Assembly (NCBI GenBank): GCA_964541255.1
Contig: CAZIPL010000003.1
Span: 4,425 to 68,424 of the forward strand
Direction of reading: 5' to 3'
DNA from: an uncultured Clostridia bacterium
GTDB taxonomy: Bacteria; Bacillota; Clostridia; Christensenellales; CAMQZB01
Length of the DNA stretch: 64,000 bases
Below the pieces are notes generated by a model that was not told the DNA's origin, did not search any database, and was given only the letters and a program-made list of their open reading frames with translations. Shown here piece after piece: positions 36,479-45,305 of the stretch. Each line of letters opens with the position of its first letter. Position 1 is the first letter of the stretch. Made by a program: the position numbers and the translations under genes.

Positions 36479-37666
36479 TTATATTTCAGTAGAGTTTTTG
36501 TATTCCATCGGAGTCATTCCGACGATGTCTTTGAACGCGTTTTGGAACGCGCTTTGCGACGAAAAGTTGAGAGTGTTTGCTATTTCTACAAGCGAATATT
36601 CCGAGAATTTAAGAAGATATTTCGAATAACGTATACGGCATCTTTTTATGAAGCTCGGAATGGTCATATTATATTCTTTCGAGAATTGCGCGGAAACGTA
36701 TGTCGGAGACGATCCTATTGCCTCGGCAATGTCTTCAAGGGTGATTTTGTTGAAGAGATTTTCGTAGATAAAGCTTATGCATTTTCTTACGATATAGTTG
36801 TTTGTATTGAACTCGATGAATTCTCTGACCTTTGTTGCAAAAACAAGAGGGATATTTGCAGACATGCTATATAGCTCTTCGACGGTTTGGACGTTTTCCG
36901 TTTTGAGGTAATATACGTCCGAAAGGTCGTATGCAATAATGGGCGGAAGACCTCCGCTCATTGCGGCTCGCGAACAAATAGTTATCAAGACCTCGACGCA
37001 GTTTTGAATTTGCCTAAGCGTCCCGGTGGCAATTTGCGAGGCTGTAGGAGCAAGATCGGCAAATTGACCTATCGTAGACAATTCTTCCGTTATGCCGTTT
37101 GCGACAAGGAACTTCAGCTTTTCTTCGAAGCGATAAGAACGTTCTCGTTGCGAAAAACCGACTGTGTTACGGTTGCTTGACGTCGGGAGTGTTTTCATAT
37201 TTACGGTATTTGATAAATTGAGCGAGAAGTTGTCGTTGAGATTGGGGTAAATATGATTTATCGCTTCGTAGGTGGAAATTGCGAGGCTTAAGATAGAATA
37301 GAATTTGAAAGACGGAAGAGAAGATGTATATATATCGAGATCTCTGTATACCGTTGACGGTAATCCGAATTCGTTCAAAATATTTTGCGTGGTGTGATTG
37401 TTTTTCGGGACGGATAGGCACGGACCTATATATATCGTATACGGAGTATTTTCGACGTGGACTTTGGCAAGTGTTACTTCGGAAGAGCTGTTCAATGCAA
37501 AAAGCCCCTTGTCTTTCATTTTTTCTATGAGTTGAGCTTTTAAGTCGAAAGGGTCGCCGTTAGCCGCAAAAGAATTTATCAAAACGTCGTTTTCGTATAA
37601 CGTAAAGTCCAAATTCAAAAAGCCCGATAAATGCGACAGATAGTTTGTCATAAGTTCTAAATTCAT
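36479..37666 (-). CDS. AraC-family regulator with uncharacterised N-terminal domain (paralog 2)
   Basis: C-terminal AraC double HTH: LEDIAEAIGSSPTYVSAQFSKE...SQSAFQNAFKDIVGMTPMEYK. I chose the ATG at 37666 (5 nt after AAGGAGG) over the track's GTG. Confidence 0.85.
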   Translation of the reverse strand: MNLELMTNYLSHLSGFLNLDFTLYENDVLINSFAANGDPFDLKAQLIEKMKDKGLFALNSSSEVTLAKVHVENTPYTIYIGPCLSVPKNNHTTQNILNEFGLPSTVYRDLDIYTSSLPSFKFYSILSLAISTYEAINHIYPNLNDNFSLNLSNTVNMKTLPTSSNRNTVGFSQRERSYRFEEKLKFLVANGITEELSTIGQFADLAPTASQIATGTLRQIQNCVEVLITICSRAAMSGGLPPIIAYDLSDVYYLKTENVQTVEELYSMSANIPLVFATKVREFIEFNTNNYIVRKCISFIYENLFNKITLEDIAEAIGSSPTYVSAQFSKEYNMTIPSFIKRCRIRYSKYLLKFSEYSLVEIANTLNFSSQSAFQNAFKDIVGMTPMEYKNSTEI

Positions 37667-37684
37667 AAACACCTCCTTTCGCGG

Positions 37685-38860
37685 TTAAAGGACGTTTGCG
37701 TTACGATATTCCGTCGGTGTTATGCCCATAACGGACTTAAATGCGTTCTGGAAGGCGCTTTGCGACGAAAAGTTGAGAGAGTTTGCTATCTCAACCAAAG
37801 AATGCTCCGTAAACCTAAGAAGATATTCGGAGTAATATATGCGGCACGTTTTGATAAAAAGAGGGATCGACATATTGAGCTCTTTCGAAAACTGCGAAGA
37901 AAGGTATGTCGGAGAAACGTTGAGCGTTTTCGCAATGGATTCGAGAGAGATTTTGTTTGAAAGGTTATCGTATATATATCGTATGCACTTTGTTACGGTG
38001 AGATTGTTGGACTTAAAGCCGATAAACTCTCTGACTTTTGTTGCATAAAGAGTCGGAATTTTTGCTGCGATTGCGTAAAGCTCGTCGAAAGTCGTTGCGT
38101 TTTCTATTTTCAAATAATATATATCCGAAAGATCGTATGCTATAATCGGCGGGACTCCTGCTCGCATTGCCGCTCTCGTGCAATGAACGACCAAGTTTTC
38201 GACGGTATTTTGAAGTTGTCTCAAGGTACTTGTCGCGATTTTTCCCATAGTTGCGGACATATCCGAAAAGTCTCCGAGTCTTTCAAGCTCTTCGACGTGT
38301 CCGTGCTCCACGAGAAAGTTAAGTCTTTCTTCGAATGCCCAAGAGCGTTTTCTGTTAGACGCGCTAAGAGTCTGTTCTTTTGCGATTTGGCGTTTTATCT
38401 TTTCGGGAGTTGCATTTTCGCTGTATACGTCTCGTAAGTCGGGGATCTCTTGATTTATCGCTTCGTATGTCGATACAACGATTGATAAAAACGTAAAAAA
38501 GTATTGAGTTGAAAGATTAGATAAATACATATCGAACTCGCTGTACTCGTTTGACGGAATTTCCATAATGCTCATAATGTTTTGCGTCGTGCGGTCTGTT
38601 TTTTCCTCAGACAAGCACGGTCCGATATAAACCACGTATTCCGTATCGACAACCGGAATCTTTGCAAACTCGAGCTCACCGATTTGCGAAATATAAAACT
38701 CTTTGTCCGACGTATTGTTATAAAGGTTTTTTTGTACGTCGAAAGGGTCGCCTATCGTTGTGAAAGTATCGATTAAGGTGTCCTTTTCGTATAAAGAAAA
38801 GCTCAATCTAAAAATATTAGAAAGGTGCGAAAGATGGCTTTTTAGGACATCTAATTTCAT
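37685..38860 (-). CDS. AraC-family regulator with uncharacterised N-terminal domain (paralog 3, tandem with paralog 2)
   Basis: Co-linear with paralog 2 along its full length: YIGPCLS, RAAM..G.PPIIAYDLSD.YYLK, SQSAFQNAFK. I chose the ATG at 38860 (GAGGAG 9 nt upstream). Confidence 0.85.
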   Translation of the reverse strand: MKLDVLKSHLSHLSNIFRLSFSLYEKDTLIDTFTTIGDPFDVQKNLYNNTSDKEFYISQIGELEFAKIPVVDTEYVVYIGPCLSEEKTDRTTQNIMSIMEIPSNEYSEFDMYLSNLSTQYFFTFLSIVVSTYEAINQEIPDLRDVYSENATPEKIKRQIAKEQTLSASNRKRSWAFEERLNFLVEHGHVEELERLGDFSDMSATMGKIATSTLRQLQNTVENLVVHCTRAAMRAGVPPIIAYDLSDIYYLKIENATTFDELYAIAAKIPTLYATKVREFIGFKSNNLTVTKCIRYIYDNLSNKISLESIAKTLNVSPTYLSSQFSKELNMSIPLFIKTCRIYYSEYLLRFTEHSLVEIANSLNFSSQSAFQNAFKSVMGITPTEYRNANVL

Positions 38861-39008
38861 AATGGCATTCTCCTCGCTCATTCATTTTTCGTTTTCTCTT
38901 TCTTTTGGGTCGCCGAAACTGCTTTATGATAGAATCGCACAAAAATATCGGCGGATATCTTTATTATATAAGCTATTTTCGAAAAAATCAATAATTTATA
39001 TCAAGAAT

Positions 39009-39075
39009 TTGTAATATTTAGTGGGGTTTTTGTAATACAAATTAAGAAAACGGGTGTAATATGATAACATTACAA
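39009..39075 (+). promoter_or_regulatory. Array of four TTGTAATA-like motifs (candidate AraC operator half-sites) upstream of the GPH transporter
   Basis: TTGTAATA at 39009-39016 and 39030-39037, GTGTAATA at 39054-39061, and inverted CATTACAA at 39068-39075. The first two are 21 bp apart. Confidence 0.4.
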
Positions 39076-39107
39076 ATATTGCATAACAATGCAAAAGGAG
39101 AAAAAAT

Positions 39108-40583
39108 ATGGGCAAAAAGGTTAAAAATCCCAACAAAGTGGGATTTAGAGAAATTTTTGGCGTAACCGCAATGGCAGTATTGGGCTCCCTCGTAGCAATG
39201 ATAATGCAGACGGGCTTCATGACCTATTTGACGGACTATGCCGGCCTTGGCGCATACGGTGCTATCGTAGGAACGACTGTACTTTTTGCGGCAAGAATAA
39301 TCGACGCGGTGGACGACCCTATGCAGGCGTTCATTATGGATAAGGCGAAACCTACAAAGATCGGTAAATATAAACCTTTCTTGTTGATCTCTCTTATTTT
39401 GATGGCTCTCGGCATTTCTTGTCTTTACTTCATTCCTTCGGCTATCGCTCAGATGCCTGTTCTCGTAACGATTTGGGTAATCTTCTTCTATCTCGTTTAT
39501 GATATCGGTTCTTCGTTCCACAACGCAAACTTGCTTTACAGAACGATGACGGACGACGTAGGCGAAAGATCCAAGCTCGTTACTTTCCCCAGAATCATGA
39601 CCATGATTCTTTCCATGATGGGAACCTCTCTTACGGCAATTATCGTTAAGGTAGACGAAAGCGTAAACAACTTGCACGACTCTTACGGTATTGTTGTTAC
39701 GGTCATGATGGTCGCAGGTCTTGTTATTTCTCTCATCGGCTGGTCGATGATCAAAGAAAAACACGCTGTCGAACCCGAAAACGAAGAAGAAGTAAAGATC
39801 AAAGACTTCTTTGTTCTTTTCAAAGAAAACAAAGCAATGACGGTCAACCTCGTTGCAAGCTTGTTCTCCGGATTTATCTGGACGTTCCTTTTCGCAACAA
39901 GCTCCTATTACATCAAATGGGCATTCTGCTGCGATTTTGAAACGGGCGTAGTTGACTATACATACTTTGGAACGCTTTCTCTTATTGCAGGAATGATGAT
40001 GATTATGCCTCTTCTTTTGGCTACCGTCATATCTGTTCCCGTCATGAAGAAAGTCGGCGATCCTGCGAAGATGCAGAGAGTTATTCACCTCTTCGAAGCA
40101 GGCTCCGGAATATTCCTCTTCGTTATGCAGATTTTGGGTCTTTTGGAAAAGGTTCCTTTCCTCTTCTTTGTATCGATGTTCATTTCCGCATTTGCGATCG
40201 GAATGGGCTTCGTCCCCGGCAATGCAATGGGTATGGAAGTTATGGACTATCAGATCTGGAAGAACGGCAAGGATCGTTCCGCTTTGACTCAGGCAGGCGG
40301 CAAGTTCCTCGAAAAAGCACAGAGCGCTATCTCTTCCGCAGTCGTAGGCGTTGTTCTTATCGCTATCGGTTACGAAGTAGACTCTGCAACGGGCGATTAT
40401 GTCGGCGAGCTTTCTAAGCTTCCTTCGATGCTTACATGGTTCATCGTAATCATGGGTCTTGTTCCTGGAATCCTCGGAACGCTCACATATTTCGTTTATA
40501 AGAAATATCCTATCACCCCCGAAATCCGCGCGCAGATGTACGCTGATATGGAGGCAAAAAAGGCTGCCGCTAACGAGCAGTAA
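39108..40583 (+). CDS. GPH-family glycoside:cation symporter (paralog of 23160-24617)
   Basis: RIIDAVDDPMQAFIMDKAKPTKIGKYKPF. Alignable with 23160-24617 over its full length. AAGGAG RBS. Confidence 0.85.
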   Translation: MGKKVKNPNKVGFREIFGVTAMAVLGSLVAMIMQTGFMTYLTDYAGLGAYGAIVGTTVLFAARIIDAVDDPMQAFIMDKAKPTKIGKYKPFLLISLILMALGISCLYFIPSAIAQMPVLVTIWVIFFYLVYDIGSSFHNANLLYRTMTDDVGERSKLVTFPRIMTMILSMMGTSLTAIIVKVDESVNNLHDSYGIVVTVMMVAGLVISLIGWSMIKEKHAVEPENEEEVKIKDFFVLFKENKAMTVNLVASLFSGFIWTFLFATSSYYIKWAFCCDFETGVVDYTYFGTLSLIAGMMMIMPLLLATVISVPVMKKVGDPAKMQRVIHLFEAGSGIFLFVMQILGLLEKVPFLFFVSMFISAFAIGMGFVPGNAMGMEVMDYQIWKNGKDRSALTQAGGKFLEKAQSAISSAVVGVVLIAIGYEVDSATGDYVGELSKLPSMLTWFIVIMGLVPGILGTLTYFVYKKYPITPEIRAQMYADMEAKKAAANEQ

Positions 40584-40722
40584 TTAAAAAGGTAATATTT
40601 TACCGCAAAATAGCTAATCACACACGATTTGTGTCATAATTAACCCTTGAAGAACAGCACCCGAAAAACGGGAGTTGTTCTTTTTTCGTGAAGCTATTTG
40701 ATGAAAATCAGAGAAAGGTAGA

Positions 40723-40870
40723 ATACAAGAAGATATAAAATTGCTTGCAAGGGTTTGGAAATTCGCGGTTTTACCATATAATGACAATCCCTCAGTCTGC
40801 ATACGCAGACAGCTCCCTTGCTAAAGGAGCCTTTGGTTTTGCGGCAAAACCTTCTTGAATTACTTCTTAA
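40723..40870 (+). repeat. Interspersed structured repeat, copy R6 (head, double-hairpin core, short tail)
   Basis: Runs ATACAAGAAG...TTGCTTGCAAGGGTTTGGAAA...; the core lies at 40786-40831; ends ...GGTTTTGCGGCAAAACC...TTACTTCTTA. Confidence 0.8.
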
Positions 40871-41010
40871 TCGTTCGAAAACGAAAATAATACTTGCAAA
40901 AATCGCAGAAAGCGTATGTAGATAAAACGCTTTCGTTATTCTTTGATTTACGAATAATTATACAATATATGTGAAAATATCGTAAAATGAACAGCTTGCC
41001 TTAATCGTCG

Positions 41011-41039
41011 TTGACAAGGGGTTTTGTTTTTGATAAGAT
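41011..41039 (+). promoter_or_regulatory. sigma-A promoter of the tyrosine phosphatase gene
   Basis: TTGACA (41011-41016), 17-bp spacer ending in TGA, TAAGAT (41034-41039). Confidence 0.5.
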
Positions 41040-41090
41040 AAAAGAAATTATGAATGCGGCTTGAATTTTGCAGCTGCTTTGGAGGACTTA

Positions 41091-41882
41091 ATGAAAAAAT
41101 CGATGTTTGCATCTATCGAAAACTTCCGCGATATGGGCGGAACGCCTATGGCGGACGGCAGAAAGATAAAAAAAGGAATGTTTTTCCGTTGCGGCGCGCT
41201 CGATAAGGTGAGTGAAGAAGATAAGGCCGCGATAAACGCTCTCAACATCGGAACGGTGTTTGACTATAGAGATGCGAGAGAAATCTCTCACGCGCCCGAT
41301 TTTGAGGGCAATTTCAAATACGTTAATATCCCGGCACTTAGAACAATGGCTGCGGAAGTTGCAGATATGGATAAGCAAAGCGAAGGCTCGACGGGTTTGA
41401 CTGAAGAAGAAGCGGAGAGCATAAAGAGCCAATTTATGCAGTCTTACGTCGAAATGCCTATGGCAAACGAGGCTTATAGGCAAACGCTTCTTGCGCTTAA
41501 CGAGCATAAGCCCATTTTATATCATTGCGCAAGCGGAAAAGATAGAACGGGAGTCGGCGGAATGCTAATTACGCTTGCTTTGGGTGGAACGAAAGAACAA
41601 GCTATGAAAGATTATCTCGATTCCAACGAGTATAGAAAAGAGGACAATCAAAAGGTTTTCGATTATGTCAACGAGCTTGCTAAAAAGACCAAAGCAACGC
41701 CCGAAAGATTGAAGCTTGGCACGGAGCTTATGCACTATATGATGCTCACAAACGAAAGATTCTTGAACGCTTCGTTTAACTCTATTTTCTCTAAATACGA
41801 GACTTTCGACGACTATCTTTTGGGTGAATACGGAATAACGAAAGAGATGACGGACGACTGGAAGGCGTTCTATCTCGAATAA
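41091..41882 (+). CDS. Protein-tyrosine phosphatase family protein (Y_phosphatase3-like)
   Basis: CX5R active site HCASGKDRTG and N-terminal NFRDMGG. GGAGG RBS before the ATG at 41091. Confidence 0.8.
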   Translation: MKKSMFASIENFRDMGGTPMADGRKIKKGMFFRCGALDKVSEEDKAAINALNIGTVFDYRDAREISHAPDFEGNFKYVNIPALRTMAAEVADMDKQSEGSTGLTEEEAESIKSQFMQSYVEMPMANEAYRQTLLALNEHKPILYHCASGKDRTGVGGMLITLALGGTKEQAMKDYLDSNEYRKEDNQKVFDYVNELAKKTKATPERLKLGTELMHYMMLTNERFLNASFNSIFSKYETFDDYLLGEYGITKEMTDDWKAFYLE

Positions 41883-41937
41883 AAAGCATAAACGGCTTGA
41901 CAACAAGCCGTTTTCTTAATAAAGGACAGCACTTTCT

Positions 41938-43062
41938 ATGGATACCGACAAGAAACAACAACGCAAAACCGCGGTAAAGAAAAATTGGTGGCGCGGTGCG
42001 ATAATACTACTTCTCTCGCTACTTTTGGTTTTTCTTTATTTAGCTCGAAGCAACAAGGAACTTTGCGAAGTATTCTTTGCAAAAACGATAGGCAGAGGGT
42101 ATATTTATCTAATAAGTCGAATAACCAATCTTCTCCCCTTTTCGTTGACGGAATGGGTGTATATCGCGGCGGTTATTTTGCTCGTTTTTCTGTTTGTTCG
42201 GTTTATCTTTTTTCTTGTCAAGAAAAAGTACGGAAGATTTTTCAAAAGCCTTTTTAATATCGCGTCGATAATTTTGGGCGTACTTGTCCTTTTCAATGCT
42301 ACGTTCACTTGCTCGTATAGCAGAAAATCCGTTATGACGGCGTTCGAGCTTCCCGAAGTTACCATGACGACCGAAGAATGCGCCGACGCAAGTATTTATT
42401 ACGCAACATTAAGTAACGAGCTTGCCGCAAAGCTTGACTTTGACGAAAACGGCGATGTCGTTTGCCCGTATACGTTCGACGAGCTTGTTTCGCTTATCAA
42501 CGAAGAATATCATAGGTTCGACGGCGAATACTTCTCTTCTTTCGAACTAAGGGCAAAACCCGTATTTTTCAGCAAGTTTATGAGCTATTCGGGGATTACG
42601 GGGCAGTTTCAGGTCGTGTTAGGAGAATGCAACGTTTCGACAGATATTCCGACCTATCAAGTGCCCGAAACGATAGCGCACGAGATAGCGCACGGCAAAG
42701 GGGTTTCGCGCGAAGACGAAGCGAATTATTCGGCATATTATCTTCTTTTGACCTCCGACAACGACTATCTCAAATATTGCGGACTTTTATATGCGTCGAA
42801 CAAAATGCTGTATGAGTCGTATGATTCAAATAATCCCGCTGATTATTATAGGGCGAGAGAATATTTCGAAGAGCATGCTTTGACTCAATATCAAAACGCA
42901 AGCGCGCATTGGGCGTCATACGACACGATTTGGGATAAAATCACCGACTGGTGGAATGACAGATACCTTAAAAGCTCCGGGCAAAGCGAAGGGGTTAAAA
43001 GTTATTCCATGACGGGACGATTCTTGCTTCAAATATACGAAATGCAAACAAGCGAAGATTAA
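41938..43062 (+). CDS. DUF3810-family membrane-anchored putative zinc metalloprotease
   Basis: N-terminal TM helices, HExxH motif (IAHEIAHGKG) followed by REDEANY, and the size typical of DUF3810. Confidence 0.6.
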   Translation: MDTDKKQQRKTAVKKNWWRGAIILLLSLLLVFLYLARSNKELCEVFFAKTIGRGYIYLISRITNLLPFSLTEWVYIAAVILLVFLFVRFIFFLVKKKYGRFFKSLFNIASIILGVLVLFNATFTCSYSRKSVMTAFELPEVTMTTEECADASIYYATLSNELAAKLDFDENGDVVCPYTFDELVSLINEEYHRFDGEYFSSFELRAKPVFFSKFMSYSGITGQFQVVLGECNVSTDIPTYQVPETIAHEIAHGKGVSREDEANYSAYYLLLTSDNDYLKYCGLLYASNKMLYESYDSNNPADYYRAREYFEEHALTQYQNASAHWASYDTIWDKITDWWNDRYLKSSGQSEGVKSYSMTGRFLLQIYEMQTSED

Positions 43063-43150
43063 GCTTGAAAAATCGAAAACATATTTATAAAAGTGAAGAG
43101 TTGTCGCAACGAACGAAAAGACAGCATTCAGACTTTATTTGCCTACTAAA

Positions 43151-43183
43151 AACAAGCGACCTTTGAAGAAAAGGTCGCTTGTT
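43151..43183. terminator. Strong 13-bp hairpin between convergent genes (bidirectional terminator candidate)
   Basis: AACAAGCGACCTT (43151-43163) pairs with AAGGTCGCTTGTT (43171-43183), with a 7-nt loop. Confidence 0.55.
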
Positions 43184-43291
43184 GTATGATAAAATAAGTG
43201 ATTTGTTGTTTAGCAATACCGATTTATTTGCGATAGAGCGGGAATGATTAAGTCATAAAACGCGTTTATTATATACAATATTGCTGTTTAT

Positions 43292-44029
43292 TTAGCGGTA
43301 AATGATATTGACGTCGTCAAAAACCATTCCCTCGGGCGGTTCTTTTTCCGTGACGACATAATCAAAAACGTCAAGCGGCATACCTCTATACGCGCCCTCG
43401 CCGAAAAACTTTTCGCTGTCAACAAGAAGCATTTTCTTATTGCTTTTGGAAACCGCTTTCTTTTTCACTTCCCCTACGTCAACCGTGCGCTCGTAAGTAT
43501 ATCCGTTTTCTATTGCCGCGCACGAGCATATGCATAAATCGAAGCAGAAATCGTCGAGTTGCGAAAGGGTAAGGCTCCCGATAACGGAGCTTGTATGCTC
43601 TTCGACCTTGCCGCCCAAAAGGATTACGTTGACGTTTCCGAGCCTCGAAACGCTTTCTGCGGAGAGTATTCCGTTCGTAACGACGGTTTTTAAGGATAAG
43701 CTCATCTTTTCGAGAAGATATAGGCATGTTGTGGAGCTATCGACGAAAACGGTATTAAACTGCGGCAAAACGCTTGCGGCGATTCTTGCGACTTCGCGTT
43801 TTCCGCTTTCGTTTTTTTTGCGACGAAGCAAGTGGGAAATTTCCCCCGAACGCTCATCGATATATGCTCCGCCGTGAACCCTTTCGATAAGTCCCATGGC
43901 TTGCATTTTCTTTAAGTCTCGCCTTACGGTAGCTTCTGACGTATATAAAAGCTCCGCTAAAGTTTCCACCTTTGCGCTTTTATTGTCTTTCAAATATCTC
44001 ATTATCTCGTCGAAACGTTCGTTTTCCAT
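43292..44029 (-). CDS. DeoR-family transcriptional regulator
   Basis: N-terminal HTH RFDEIMRYLKDNKSAKVETLAELLYTSEATVRRDLKKM and a C-terminal DeoR sugar-binding domain. I chose the start at the internal ATG 44029. Confidence 0.85.
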   Translation of the reverse strand: MENERFDEIMRYLKDNKSAKVETLAELLYTSEATVRRDLKKMQAMGLIERVHGGAYIDERSGEISHLLRRKKNESGKREVARIAASVLPQFNTVFVDSSTTCLYLLEKMSLSLKTVVTNGILSAESVSRLGNVNVILLGGKVEEHTSSVIGSLTLSQLDDFCFDLCICSCAAIENGYTYERTVDVGEVKKKAVSKSNKKMLLVDSEKFFGEGAYRGMPLDVFDYVVTEKEPPEGMVFDDVNIIYR

Positions 44030-44216
44030 AAAAAAGCTCCGTTTGTGATTGATTTTGATTATATTATAGCGCATATTTGCTCATTTTTCAACTTTTCGAG
44101 CAAATATAGACAAATCAAAATATGTGTGGTATACTGTTTTTGAAAAAATAAATACCGACTTTCGTCGCAATAACAAATAGCGAATTCGAAACGAGGAATC
44201 AAAAAGGAGATTTAAT

Positions 44217-45029
44217 ATGAAAAACATTCTCGAAGCACCTTTTGTCGTTGAAATGGAAAGAACAACCGCCAATATGTATCGCCTCGGCTGGGACGAAAGA
44301 AACGGCGGAAACATAAGCTATATGCTCAACGAAAACGAAGTAGCCGAGTATCTCGACCTTAACAACGTTTTGAGAACAATCCCTACGAATTTTGACGCAA
44401 AAGAGCTTGCAGGCAAGATTTTCATTGTTACGGGCACGGGTAAATACTTCAAAAACGTCGAAGTCGATCCCGAAACCAACCTCGGTATAGTCAGAATTTC
44501 CGCAGACGGACAGTCGGCAGAGCTTCTTTGGGGATATAAAGACGGCGGACGCTTTACTTCCGAATTCCCCGCTCATATGATGAGCCACATCGAACGTTTG
44601 AGAGTCGATCCCGAAAACCGCGTAATCATGCACACGCATCCGACTTATACGATCGCAATGAACGCGGTTTGCGAGCTTGACGAAAAAGATTTCACTCACA
44701 AGCTTTGGCAATCTAACACCGAAGCTATCGTAGTATTCCCCGACGGCGTAGGTATTCTTCCTTGCATGGTCTGCGGAACAAACGAAATCGGTATGGCTAC
44801 CGCGGAAAAAATGAAAAACTTCCGCCTTGTCGTTTGGACAAACCACGGAATTTACGGTTCTGGACGCGATATGGACGAAGCTTTCGGTCTTATCGAAACC
44901 GTCGAAAAGACCGCACAGCTTTATATGTTGACGTTGGGACATGTTAAAAACGTCATTCCCGACGAAATCTTGAACGGCTTGGCAAAACGTTTCGACATCA
45001 CGCCTCTTGAGGGAGTTTTGACAAAATAA
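44217..45029 (+). CDS. rhaD: Rhamnulose-1-phosphate aldolase (class II aldolase)
   Basis: 270 aa. Motifs: GWDERNGGNIS, HTHP, GTNEIG. AAGGAG RBS. Divergent from the DeoR regulator. Confidence 0.8.
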   Translation: MKNILEAPFVVEMERTTANMYRLGWDERNGGNISYMLNENEVAEYLDLNNVLRTIPTNFDAKELAGKIFIVTGTGKYFKNVEVDPETNLGIVRISADGQSAELLWGYKDGGRFTSEFPAHMMSHIERLRVDPENRVIMHTHPTYTIAMNAVCELDEKDFTHKLWQSNTEAIVVFPDGVGILPCMVCGTNEIGMATAEKMKNFRLVVWTNHGIYGSGRDMDEAFGLIETVEKTAQLYMLTLGHVKNVIPDEILNGLAKRFDITPLEGVLTK

Positions 45030-45067
45030 TCATAAATACTTTGAATATATAAAGATAAAATATTAAG

Positions 45068-45096
45068 AACGGAGCAAAATAATCTGCTCCGTTTTT
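45068..45096 (+). terminator. Rho-independent terminator after rhaD
   Basis: AACGGAGCA (45068-45076) pairs with TGCTCCGTT (45085-45093), followed by a T-run. Confidence 0.75.
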
Positions 45097-45305
45097 GATT
45101 TTGCGTTTGATTTTAACTCTTGTTATTCTGTGAATTCGCGGCGATTTAATTTACAAAACGTCTTTCGTGTGATATTATATAAAAGTATATTGCGGTTTTT
45201 TCGATGTCGTTCAAGAAAAGCGCAGCAAAAGCCGACGGCTTTTTAACGAAAAGTCGAAGCTTTTTGTCGATAACAATAAAAACATTTTATCATAAGGTGA
45301 TATAT

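Noticed and set aside
45030-45305. A possible T-box riboswitch leader upstream of alaS.
   Set aside because: I found no specifier-loop/AGAGA/T-box (AANNNGGGTGGTACCGCG-like) sequence and no terminator/antiterminator pair. Only the rhaD terminator and a few weak hairpins are present.
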